Shown: positions 9,651 through 20,295 of the stretch, one piece after another | Numbering within the stretch: position 1 is the stretch's first letter | Layout of the letters: every line of letters begins with the position of its first letter | Assembly: GCA_027371775.1 (NCBI GenBank) | Contig: DAHXLG010000002.1 | Span: 2,247 to 66,246 of the forward strand | Source: a bacterium | Lineage (GTDB): Bacteria > Pseudomonadota > Alphaproteobacteria > CAJXXZ01 > DAHXLG01 | Length of the DNA: 64,000 nucleotides | Direction: 5' to 3' | Notes under the pieces: model-generated | What the model was told of the DNA's origin: nothing | Database searches by the model: none | Seen by the model: the letters and a program-made list of their open reading frames with translations, nothing else | Program-made: the position numbers and the translations under genes

Positions 9651-11973
9651 AAAAAAGATATTTTTGAATTATGTAATTATATTGAATACGAAGCGCAATT
9701 AATTTCTAAAAATAATTTATGCGTTATAACCTCAATTGAAATTGCTGAAAATAATTCACACGATTGATCACAAACAACAACTGACATTAATAAACTCAGC
9801 TTGTATTTAACTTTTCTTTAATAATAATTAAAAGATATTTTTAAAATTTAACTCAGTACTGTTATGAAATAAAGCTATAAAAGTTTGTGCAACACATAAT
9901 GATTATGATAATATCAATCTTTCAATTTTCAAATGTATTTTTTTCAGTTAACTAAACATATTCCTCATCCTAATAAAAAAATCTCAAATATAATAATTTA
10001 TAGCATGAATCATCTTTAAAACAGTAAGTAAATGCAAGAAAAGCTTTGTTGTAGCAAATAAATCGAATACATCTGAAAAACTTCTGCCAACATCATGCGG
10101 CAGCTCACTCCTCATACTACTTCATTTTTCCAACAAAATTTTCATGAAATACTAACTTTTGCAATAATGCAATCAAAAAACGCATTTTATCTTCGCTAAT
10201 TTAATATTTTGGGCATCACAGATCTCTTTAACGTATCTTTAGTAGTCTTTAGTAAACTAATCACATAGTCTCATATTTGCTACTCTTGTTCTACACTTAT
10301 GCAAAAAAACAGACTCATTCAAAATAATCGCACCATAATCACATAGTCTCATATTTTCACTCTATTCTGTGCTTATGCATATTTTCTAAATACCGTTTAT
10401 AACATATGCTCTCCCCAAAACATACGTCATCTTTTTTTCCCACCCACCCATTTGATTTGTCGTACACTAACTAGTTTGGTCAATATAAAAAATAGAGACC
10501 ATTTATTTTTTATATAATTTGCCAATTCATGCTTTTAATGTACTAAAACTGAATATATTTTAGCACCACATATATATCTGCGCTTATATATAAAAACATG
10601 AAAAACAAAATTTTGCTTGCGAATTATGATACTCATTTAAAATGTTTTGGAGCTACAAAACGTTCCAATTATTGCACACATCAACACAACTCTACAAAAT
10701 AATTAGCTCAAACAACTCACCCAATTTTCCATTAATATTATTAGTGATTACAGTGATTGCACAATTTTTTAATACACATCGTCATATAAAAGAAGACAAT
10801 CAAACAATCTTTCCATATTTCGATTCAATCAAAAATCTATACAGAAAACTTGAATTTTTTAACTTAAACCCTAAGAATTTTTCTATAGATTTTTTATAAT
10901 CTTTGCGTATTTATATTTTTTTCTGAAAATATTTTTTTCTGAAAATGCTAAAATATCTTTTCTTAAAATGCACTCCTTGAATCGCAAAACACAATTTTTT
11001 AGTTTGAAAACAAATGAAATACCCCCCCCCATTTATAAACACAATTCAATATATATATAAATAATACTAATCATCATATTAATACTAATCATCATACATA
11101 TTACTGCACAATCTTTAACTTCTTTATGTTCTTTTCTTTCCGCGCAAAAATCATAAAAATATAACACAAACATTTTCGCCGCAAATTCTTATCTTCGTAC
11201 CTATATCTCACTCATCAAGCATAATGGTAATTTTCATTATCACATCCATAAAGCACGCTTTATCACATCATTACAAAAATGCTTTACCATCCTTACAATC
11301 ATTCTACTTCGAAATTGCACAAAACCTTTTTTCCATATCTCTAACTTTCCATGCTAAAACACAAACATCCAAAATAATCTTGCCTAATCTTCGAATATGT
11401 AACACTGCCAATCAGCACAATCACGCCATGCAATGTTTCCAGCTTCTCTGCCACCAATTAGCATTATTTGACTATTGCGATCACCAAAACAACATGCTCG
11501 AGCTTCATTCTGCGACAAATCTCGAACTTCTTGCTCATCACACCACTCACTTTGCTTATCGTTTGCATTTCTCAAATGTTCCATATTTCGATGCACATCA
11601 ATAATTTCGTCTTTTAGAGCAAAGATTCCGCCCTCTGAATACTTCAACATAACTTCTCCCCCGTATACAAAAATTATATACTAACGATATACTATCAGCT
11701 GAAATATATTAGTCAAGCAAAATCACTCACAATCCTCATTTATAGCCAAATATATTCAATTATACTAGTAATTTGTTAATTTTATACATATCAGTCATCA
11801 TCTTGTTCAGCATCTTCATAGACTGTTATCTAGTTGCAAATCCCTTATAAACTTTATTTTCTGCTGTATCGTACACATGCGCCTGATCCAACTGCATTGC
11901 ATCGTCATATTTTATACAAGCAACTAATCCAAATACATTTCATCGTCGTATCTTATACACGCGCCTGATAAAA

Positions 11974-13185
11974 CTACTCATAGTCCAACTGCATTGGTTC
12001 GTCTTCTGTATCTTGTACAATCACCTGATCAAACTGCATTTGTTCATCTGCTATACTTGTTGAAAGATCGCATACATCAGGTGACCTTGCAAGCCGATAG
12101 CTAAGCATATCCCTTATGCTACAAACAAATATCTTAGAATGAAATGCTTCACGATTTTGATAAGCGTTTACATATATTTCACATGAGTCTCTAATATTAT
12201 AAGATTTCTGATAATTCAACACTTTACGTTCTTCAGGAGCAATTAAATTACATGGCATAGCCCACATCACCTCATATTTTTCACGCATTTTAATCATATT
12301 GTTTAGCTCAATTTTGATAATATCAGATATATTTTCTTGCAATAACATTTGTATGATAGGTCTGATATCAAATTTTCTGCAAGATAACTTACAAATAATA
12401 GTAGAAAATGCTTTCTGAGCTAACCAACTCATCTGAGTTTTTATTTGTCCTTTATTTATCACTTCACTTAGAATTATTGATCTAGCTGCAGCATATTCAT
12501 GTATATCAATTTCTTCTTCTAATATTTTTTGCACCAGCGATAACTCGCTTACTTCTAAGTTTGCTTTATGAGCCATAGCATACCAAAATTGTCTTCCTAG
12601 GTATGCAATACGATTATATTCGTCTCTTAACAATGACCAAGAAACAATTTGTGGATTAAATTCGAAGTATGCAGAATCAACTAACAAAAAACTATCTGGA
12701 AAAGCTTTATAGGCTAAATATATCTGCACAATTTTTGCATTTAACAAATCCGCAAATTCGTTTGTGAAAATATCCAATTCTGAATATGTACGCATTCTTG
12801 TGATATTAAACAACCTAGTAGATATTGCTCCACAATACTCGTGCATTTTGTTACGCTGCATGCTTTCTATGCAATACTCCAAAAATGGAACATGCATTAT
12901 ATTCATATCCCTTATTTGAACTAGGCACTGATGAAAAAACAATGCATTTTTTTCTCTGCTTGCTTCTGTTTCATCAATCACTTTCTCATGTGCAAATAAA
13001 TCTCGAACTTCCACTTGAGAAAACTCAACATCTTTCAACCATTCATATATAGATATAGGTACTGGCTCTTGGCTTAATTCAATCGATTTCTCAGCAAACC
13101 ATGATCGCGAACTAATTGTAGATTTGTTTACAAAAACTGATGATATCTCTTCTTTTTGCTCTACTATAATAACTTCTGCTTGCAT
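11974..13185 (-). CDS. hypothetical cytoplasmic protein (no signal peptide) with an acidic repetitive C-terminus
   Basis: 403-aa ORF with no recognisable motif. The C-terminus ADEQMQFDQVIVQDTEDEPMQLDYE is encoded by a ~45-57-nt repeat that continues past the stop codon. Confidence 0.55.
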   Translation of the reverse strand: MQAEVIIVEQKEEISSVFVNKSTISSRSWFAEKSIELSQEPVPISIYEWLKDVEFSQVEVRDLFAHEKVIDETEASREKNALFFHQCLVQIRDMNIMHVPFLEYCIESMQRNKMHEYCGAISTRLFNITRMRTYSELDIFTNEFADLLNAKIVQIYLAYKAFPDSFLLVDSAYFEFNPQIVSWSLLRDEYNRIAYLGRQFWYAMAHKANLEVSELSLVQKILEEEIDIHEYAAARSIILSEVINKGQIKTQMSWLAQKAFSTIICKLSCRKFDIRPIIQMLLQENISDIIKIELNNMIKMREKYEVMWAMPCNLIAPEERKVLNYQKSYNIRDSCEIYVNAYQNREAFHSKIFVCSIRDMLSYRLARSPDVCDLSTSIADEQMQFDQVIVQDTEDEPMQLDYE

Positions 13186-13303
13186 ACTTTACCTTATACT
13201 ATCACTACAATTATCAAAAATACATAAATTCTTAAGTTGCAACATGCATACTTGAATTTTTAATAAAAAAACCGCACAATATTATAAGAGAGAATTAACA
13301 ACA

Positions 13304-13582
13304 GTGGCTAAAGAAGAGACTTTTGAATTAAAAGGCACAGTATTAGAAGCAAAACCAGGCGAAATTTTTATAATACAATCGAAAATTAACAACCAAGATA
13401 CGCGCATTCAAGCAACGCTTTCTGGTAGCATTAGAAGATTTCGTATTAAAATCACACCAGGAGATACAGTTACATTGTGCATGAGTCCGTATGATCTGCG
13501 ACGTGGACGTATTGTGTATAGAGATAAAGAGGATAAAAATAATCAGCCTGCTGCACCAATTGAAAGCAAAGTCTTAAAATAA
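13304..13582 (+). CDS. infA: translation initiation factor IF-1
   Basis: MAKEETFELKGTVLEA...ITPGDTVTLCMSPYDLRRGRIVYR matches the IF-1 S1-like fold. It has a GTG start. Compared with the 72-aa E. coli protein it has a 3-aa internal insertion and a ~18-aa C-terminal extension (DKEDKNNQPAAPIESKVLK). Confidence 0.88.
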   Translation: MAKEETFELKGTVLEAKPGEIFIIQSKINNQDTRIQATLSGSIRRFRIKITPGDTVTLCMSPYDLRRGRIVYRDKEDKNNQPAAPIESKVLK

Positions 13583-13904
13583 AATATCATAACATTTTAA
13601 ACATACATCCAATTCTTTAAAAACTCTATATCGTACTCAAAACAAAATTATTCCTATAAGAAAATGATTGCGCAATTAATACATCACAACAAATAAGAGA
13701 AAATCTAAAAATTATAAGCAAACATACATCTTGCAAATAGCCAAAAACATATCGCACTGGCAAAACTACTAATCCTATAAAGAAATAAATTACACAAAAA
13801 ATCACTTTTGAAGAATGAGCTGCAAATGACCATTTTTATAAAAACACTTAAAAACAACGCAAGTCATTTACTAAATTCAGAAAATTGTTTACAATATTGC
13901 TCAT

Positions 13905-13977
13905 GGGTGCTTAGCTCAGTTGGTAGAGCATCTGGCTTTTAACCAGAGGGTCGCAGGTTCGATCCCTGCAGCACCTA
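13905..13977 (+). tRNA. tRNA-Lys (anticodon UUU)
   Basis: GGGTGCT-TAGCTCAGTTGGTAGAGCA-TCTGG-CTTTTAA-CCAGA-GGGTC-GCAGGTTCGATCCCTGC-AGCACCT-A. The cloverleaf is complete and the anticodon loop CTTTTAA gives TTT. No CCA is encoded. Confidence 0.9.
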
Positions 13978-15352
13978 CGTCTGCACAAGATCTATTGGTT
14001 TTTTTCAACGTGTAATCTTTTTACAAGTATTTATATGAATTTTTTAAAAACTTTTGCTCGTTCCATACAAAATGCCCAATAATTAGTCTGTGATATTTAA
14101 AGAACTATATGCTATGCATATCTAATTTCAAAAAAGGCTCGTGCATTTTTATACTCAATGCCTGATGCAAAACAACTAATCCAAATTAAAACTGATAGCA
14201 AATATAAAAATATTGAGCTCACTCATAAAATAAAACAGATTCTGTTATAACTAGAATATTATATAATCAACAAAGCAAATACGCTTCAATTGTTACAATA
14301 ATATAACAAATTTAATAGTCGCAAAACCTTATAACTACTCTTGTAAAGCCCAACTAAATTGCTGTACCAACTGCATAAAATTGTAATATCAATTTGCTCT
14401 AATAAATTGATTTAAGAAAATCTTGCTTAGCACTTATCAAAAAAAATATTGCATATAAAAATCATCCGTTTTAATTCACCTAGAAATAATTCATCCGTAC
14501 GCCCACAAAAGAGAATTTTTGTCATGCGAGAATTTTTGTCATGCTGCAAAATGCAATTTGAGTATAATCAGCTCTTTAAATAACTTCTATATTTGAAACA
14601 AATTATACCACTGACATAAAAATACGCTCACCAAAATATATCTCATAATTCTCTTATATAATGCTAATAATACTGTATCTTGCTTATCATCTACACTTAG
14701 TCATTAGTTTTTAGTCGAAAAATAATATAATTATGTAAAACGCTAGTTAGCCCTCTGTTGGATCTATAGCTTGCCCATGAAATAATCAAAAACTATACTA
14801 TGTTTCAAATAAGCTTGCACAAAATACACATAGACATGTAAGCGCCAATATGATAATAGAAAGCACATACGTTTCTTTAGGAAAAGATATATTCTGGCCA
14901 AATTTCTTCCTTTAAGAATGGAGCATTCAATTTTTGCAATTCTCTCAAAAACTCCTTGCCAATAAAAATAAAACACTTTTCAATCATATTTTGCTCTATA
15001 ATCTTGTTTTATAGTCTAAGAGAAACAGAAACATAGTAAATTATTTATTATAGACTTGCCTATCGCTTGTCTTGATGAATTACGCATTCGTTTTTCAAAG
15101 AATAATACTTCGAACAGCCGTTTACTTAAATTTGAGTAAGCTCAATAAAATATGTGCACTATAATAAAAAAATACTATATGATAACCTTGAAGATCTATC
15201 CTTTCGCTTACATTTAACTATTATCAGTGAGATCAAAATTTTGCTCTACCTATTGAAAACTGCGTAGATGATCTTCTGGTATTACTCAACACACATAAAT
15301 TGTTCAAACAAAAATAAAAAATATATTTTGTTCATAGCAATCTATTTGCAAG

Positions 15353-16495
15353 CTAACGAGATTGATAATAAGCCAAGGGATCAATAAAACAATTCATTTT
15401 ATATGTTAAAATATCACAAGCTAGCTTAAGATTTTCCGACTCTTCTTCAATAGACAATCTAAAATTCTTCAATCTATTAAGAAAATCACATTGAATTAGT
15501 GACTCAAAATTGTTTTCACGATTGAGCATATCAAATTCTTCTGATAACTCACCTAATTCGCAATATTTCCTAATTTCGTTAAATAAGTCAAGGAATCGTT
15601 TGTCTTGCGATCCATCTTCTAATTGCGCTTTTGGTGACTCACTCATCATTCTTTCAATTAGATTTGCAATACTTTGTTTACATTCTGGTGTAAACCATTC
15701 TTGTAATAGCTCTACATCGTCTTGTAACTTGAACCATTCGTACCAAATCTCTTGTATAAATTTCTCAAACTCAACTAAATCACTACCCTGAGGCTGAGCA
15801 ACTTTACTTGGTAAAAACTCTTCATCGGCAGTTATACTTGATTCAAGTGGGATAAAAACACAACATGCATACGGATTATTTATTCTTACGCTTCCACTAT
15901 TGGCCATTTTATCAACCTCAACTAAATCACTACCCTGAGGCTGAGCAACTATACTTCTTAAAAACTCTTCATCAGCAGTTATACTTGATTCAAGTGGGAT
16001 AAAAACACAACATGCATACGGATTATTTATTCTTACGCTTCCACTATTCGCCATTTGTCCTGCAGAAGCAGCAATAGCATGTGAATGAGCAATCTGAGCT
16101 ACCTCAACCAAACTTGATCCTAATTCCCAAGGCTCTCTTTCTAACACATTACGTGTTTCATTATCTTTAAAAAAATGAAATACAGCACTCATATGATCTG
16201 AAACGGCAGAGTAATAAGCTGGCATATCACTAGCAAAAGTGTCTTCTATAACTCCATTTTCATAGATCTGATGCTCATATCCTAAACCATGATATCGCCG
16301 ATGATAGCGATTTCTGCCGTACATTGCACGAGATTTATGATATTGCCGATAATAGCGATTCCTGCCCACCGCACAAGAATTATCATCTTCCCGATGATAG
16401 GGATTGCTGCCATACATTGCATGAGATTCACCATGGAAAATCAATATCGCACATAAATAATTTTTTACTAATAGTTTTAAATTCTTCTTAAACAT
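15353..16495 (-). CDS. hypothetical secreted repeat protein
   Basis: 380 aa. A signal-like N-terminus (LCAILIFHGESHA) is followed by AMYG.N.YHR repeats. Further in there is a 49-aa (147-nt) unit repeated about 1.9 times (MANSGSVRINNPYACCVFIPLESSITADEEFL.S.VAQPQGSDLVE), encoded at 15770-16054. Confidence 0.6.
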   Translation of the reverse strand: MFKKNLKLLVKNYLCAILIFHGESHAMYGSNPYHREDDNSCAVGRNRYYRQYHKSRAMYGRNRYHRRYHGLGYEHQIYENGVIEDTFASDMPAYYSAVSDHMSAVFHFFKDNETRNVLEREPWELGSSLVEVAQIAHSHAIAASAGQMANSGSVRINNPYACCVFIPLESSITADEEFLRSIVAQPQGSDLVEVDKMANSGSVRINNPYACCVFIPLESSITADEEFLPSKVAQPQGSDLVEFEKFIQEIWYEWFKLQDDVELLQEWFTPECKQSIANLIERMMSESPKAQLEDGSQDKRFLDLFNEIRKYCELGELSEEFDMLNRENNFESLIQCDFLNRLKNFRLSIEEESENLKLACDILTYKMNCFIDPLAYYQSR

Positions 16496-17123
16496 CTTTG
16501 TATACTATCAAATTAATAACAACGTATCAACAAAACATGCACGGGAATATTCAATTAATTTTAAAACACGTTTAGCAGCTATTGTACATCTTTATCTTGA
16601 TGCAAATACTGCACTCACAAATAAACCAGCATCTTGGTTGCAAGCTTGATTCATGCAATTCTTGTACCTTGCTTTATTTATACAAGAAGTCTTTACTATA
16701 AATAAGATCTCATACACTATTTCACCTTTACTGGACTTGAAATATTAATCGCGAACTTGCCTTAAAGTATCATCCCATCATCCTGGAATCTATCTTATTG
16801 CACATGAATTTCTTTGATTCTAATAGCTAATATATCAAAATCATTTAAAATAAGAACAAGACTTTACTTAACACAAGAGGTTTATAACCATATCCATTCT
16901 CAACAGCAAAACAAGCTAGACACAACCTATCATACTTTGTTTTATGCTTTATTGGCAAAAATAAAATCGCACGCGCGCCTCAATTAAATATTTTGAAAAA
17001 ATAAAGTAAGAATTACTTCTGGCACTTATGCTTAAGCTGCAAGATTTGCGCCAACGCAATTATTCTGTACTTTATACTCTGAATAGGATTATCATCCAAT
17101 TCTTGCACAGGTTTTGCAGTTGG

Positions 17124-17677
17124 CTAGACTTTCACATCTTGCTTATCTTCTGAGCCTGCAGGATTATCATCATCCGCTGCATCTGGCCCACCTGCTTCAA
17201 CTAAGCTTAGGGATCTATTACCATCCGCAGTTTGTTCTTGCTTATCTTCTGAGCGCTCCACTTCGTTGCCACAATCGGTGGGGTCTGAAGGCTTTTTATT
17301 CGCTTGCAAAGCCTCCTTAAGATCATTTCCAACCTGATAACAAAATGAATTCTGAAACAAATTCAAAACTTCTTGTCCTGCAATTCGATAACTTTCATTA
17401 ATAACTTCTGCAAACATATCCTCTAACATAAAAAAATCAACTACCTTGCTTAAATTTGCAATATCGTCGTCACTTAACACTGAACTAAAAGGTTAAAACT
17501 CTTTTCATCTTGTTCAAAACCATAATAATTACACTTATCAGCATCAATTTTCATTCCCCAAAGCGCATGATACTGGACAACCGTTTGATCGCGATTTACC
17601 GAATCAAAAATATACTCATTGTCTGCTTTTGCAAAAATGTTGCAAGTTAATATGGCATAGCAAAAATATTTCTTCAT
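17124..17677 (-). pseudogene. YFGxEQ-leader family member split by a frameshift just after the leader
   Basis: ORF 17474-17677 (MKKYFCYAILTCNIFAKA...LWGMKIDADKCNYYGFEQDEKSFNLLVQC*) overlaps ORF 17124-17480 (..LSDDDIANLSKVVDFF...) in another frame. Together they form one family-type gene. The C-terminus contains SEDKQ repeats. Confidence 0.6.
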
Positions 17678-17808
17678 TCTATAAGTGTATCAAATATTGA
17701 AAAAAAATAAAAGTAAAAAGACGACTTTTTTTCAAAACAACTTGTATATACTTACAATTTATGCAAGAATATAAGTGCGTTATCGCGCTATGATAAGCAC
17801 TCATTTTA

Positions 17809-17883
17809 GCGCTCTTAGCTCAGTGGAAGAGCGACGGCCTTCTAAGCCGCAGGTCGCAGGTTCAAATCCTGCAGGGCGCGCCA
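17809..17883 (+). tRNA. tRNA-Arg (anticodon UCU), CCA encoded
   Basis: GCGCTCT-TAGCTCAGTGGAAGAGCG-ACGGC-CTTCTAA-GCCGC-AGGTC-GCAGGTTCAAATCCTGC-AGGGCGC-G-CCA. The anticodon loop CTTCTAA gives TCT. Confidence 0.9.
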
Positions 17884-18272
17884 AAAATCCCGCAACACAT
17901 TTTATACAAAATCGAGATTAAATAATTCATTGCTTAAGCGAATAAATTTCAAAGATTAATAAAATTGATAACTACAATGTACATTAAACAAAATTGATAT
18001 TACGCAATTAATCGGTTGCTAGCAAAAATTGCAATGATTAATCATACAAACGATAAAATAATGTACTTTCATAAACGAACATACAAGCTCAAGATTAAAC
18101 AATTGCTTGACTCTTCATTTTATCAACAATAGAAGTCTAATAAAATTTAAAATGATAGTGATCACCGCACATAGGAAGAATGCTAATAATTATTGATAAT
18201 AATTAGAACATACGCAAAATGCTAATAATTATTTTTGGGGCAAAAAAATAAAACAAATACTAATTCAAACAA

Positions 18273-20183
18273 TCAGCATCTTGTTATACCATTGCGGGCA
18301 CAGAAGTGAGCTCCAATAATTGCGCGACGTCTGCATGATGAGGTCTCAGAAGATGCATAAGACGAATCAGTTTTATAATTTGCAGCGCCGTATGGAAAAC
18401 TTTCTGTTGGGCCATGAGATATAATTTTAGCAATTGGCAAGACCTGCTGCGCTAAGTCATTTCCTAATTCCGAAACTGCAATTCCAATAATAGGTTCCTT
18501 ACGCTTCTTCTTTCTTTCAACATTAGCTCTTTCTTCTTTTTCCAATTCAACTTGTTTATTAGCATCCGCTTGCTTTGCTTCCACAGACACTGGAACTTGA
18601 GGCTGAGACTCATTCACTACTTGCGAAACTGCAATAGGTTCCCCAATAATAGGTTCCTTACGTTTCTTCTTTCTTGCAACCTTAGATTTTTCTTCTTTTT
18701 CCAATTCAACTTGTTTATTAGCATCCGCTTGCTTTGCTTCCACAGACATTGGAACATTGTGATTTCTAAAATCAGCTTTTTTGATATCATCTAACAAACC
18801 TGAAATCAAAATCACATTTCCAAAATGAGCATTGTTAATGCTATACAAATCATTCATATTAAGTACTTGCACTAAACGCTCAAACGGCATATCGGGACTA
18901 ATTTTTTCTTCAACCATAGCAGTATAATCATCAATCAATCCAGTACGCACATTTTGCAAGCTTAATATAAACGCATCAATATTAAATTTCGCAAAAATAT
19001 CAAACAATTTTGCAAGCTTAACATAGTCCTTTGCATCCTGCTCTTCTTTTACAGACAACTCACCCGTTAATCCCTGTTCAATTTTATGCTGCCTAATACT
19101 TTCTAATACCTGGCCACATCTGTTCAAATATTCAATACTTATAACAAAATGTTTTTGATATTTCTTGATCAGTGCAACTTGCTTGTAAACTTCAGCTTGC
19201 GCTCTCAATAACACAACGATAGATTGTTCGAGCATTTTCATTTTCTGGGCCCTCTCAATCGAATCTTGCGTCCTAATCATACTAGATTTGTAATATGCAT
19301 ATTTTTCATAACATGCATTATACTCTTTTTGCGCAGCAAATAAGTTTTGAGAAATCATGCCAACAAATATTAACAACTTGTTCAAATCATCGTTAGTTAT
19401 TTCTTCTAGCAGCTTAAACTCTTCTTGCACAATGTCTCTAGACAATGAAACATCGACTAAATACAACGGCCTCAATTCATCTACCAAACTACGAGGATTT
19501 GTATCAAATTCCCACTCTCCAAATGGAGCCAATAATGTACCTGCAGATAACCTGAACAAGATTTCTTTTGTATGGATTAAAAACTCTTCTGGCATTGGCC
19601 AATTGTGCTGCACAAAATTTTGCAAATGATTCGTGTACCAATATAACTTTGCTAATTCTGACCCCATATAAAAAGACATATTTTCACAATACGGAATATA
19701 TCCACCATAAACGTCAAGGCGATACAAAAATTCCTTGACAAAAGCATTTAAATTTTCATTACCTGGTCTAGATGATAATACAGAATAAAGCACATTAAGC
19801 GCTGCAATTGGATTAGGATACAACTGCAAAGATTCCATATGACCCTGCGAAAACTCTATCACTGGCATCTTAGACAAATGATTAGATAAACTATCAGGCA
19901 AGCTATTAGACAAATTATTATGCGAGCTATCAGGCAAGCTATTATATAAACTATTAGATGAGCTATTAGGCAATATATCTTTTATAGAAACTGCGTCTAT
20001 TACAATATTTTTTTCAAGAAACATATTTGGCATAAATGTTTTCAATAACATCTCATCTTCTAATTCTTGCACTACCCCATACAATTTCATTACACCAGCT
20101 TCATATGTAATTCCCATATAAGAAACATGCTCTATATTCGCACTAGCAAATATTGCAAACATAAAATATATCATTTGTTTCAT
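18273..20183 (-). CDS. hypothetical secreted protein, YFGxEQ-leader family, with duplicated 53-aa unit carrying KKKRK motifs
   Basis: 636 aa. The signal peptide MKQMIYFMFAIFASA is followed by the leader SYMGITYEAGVMKLYGVVQELEDEMLLK. A SNSL/PDS low-complexity stretch follows. A 159-nt repeat lies at 18484-18589 and 18643-18748, encoding VSVEAKQADANKQVELEKEE...RKKKRKEPIIG. Confidence 0.7.
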   Translation of the reverse strand: MKQMIYFMFAIFASANIEHVSYMGITYEAGVMKLYGVVQELEDEMLLKTFMPNMFLEKNIVIDAVSIKDILPNSSSNSLYNSLPDSSHNNLSNSLPDSLSNHLSKMPVIEFSQGHMESLQLYPNPIAALNVLYSVLSSRPGNENLNAFVKEFLYRLDVYGGYIPYCENMSFYMGSELAKLYWYTNHLQNFVQHNWPMPEEFLIHTKEILFRLSAGTLLAPFGEWEFDTNPRSLVDELRPLYLVDVSLSRDIVQEEFKLLEEITNDDLNKLLIFVGMISQNLFAAQKEYNACYEKYAYYKSSMIRTQDSIERAQKMKMLEQSIVVLLRAQAEVYKQVALIKKYQKHFVISIEYLNRCGQVLESIRQHKIEQGLTGELSVKEEQDAKDYVKLAKLFDIFAKFNIDAFILSLQNVRTGLIDDYTAMVEEKISPDMPFERLVQVLNMNDLYSINNAHFGNVILISGLLDDIKKADFRNHNVPMSVEAKQADANKQVELEKEEKSKVARKKKRKEPIIGEPIAVSQVVNESQPQVPVSVEAKQADANKQVELEKEERANVERKKKRKEPIIGIAVSELGNDLAQQVLPIAKIISHGPTESFPYGAANYKTDSSYASSETSSCRRRAIIGAHFCARNGITRC

Positions 20184-20295
20184 GTTTCATTATCCAATTC
20201 TTGTATATTTTTAGAATAACAGTCAATTATTTACAAATAGTTTATAAAATCACCAAAAGTATTAACTTCAAAAATTCAAATAATTCATGTATGTT

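Noticed and set aside
11022-11030. C9 homopolymer, striking in an AT-rich genome, as a possible phase-variation switch
   Set aside because: It is not within or just upstream of any credible ORF or promoter that I can identify. It is noted only as a curiosity.
11224-11650. Overlapping 126-aa (+), 88-aa (-) and 69-aa (+) ORFs in the proS-downstream desert
   Set aside because: The ORFs are mutually exclusive, with no RBS or motif support. The 88-aa minus-strand frame (MLKYSEGGIFALKDEIIDV...) might be a gene relic, but I cannot assign it.
14509-14545. Tandem 18-nt repeat (gagaatttttgtcatgc twice) in the spacer after tRNA-Lys
   Set aside because: There are only two copies, with no associated ORF or recognisable operator or promoter context. 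It is probably simple slippage.
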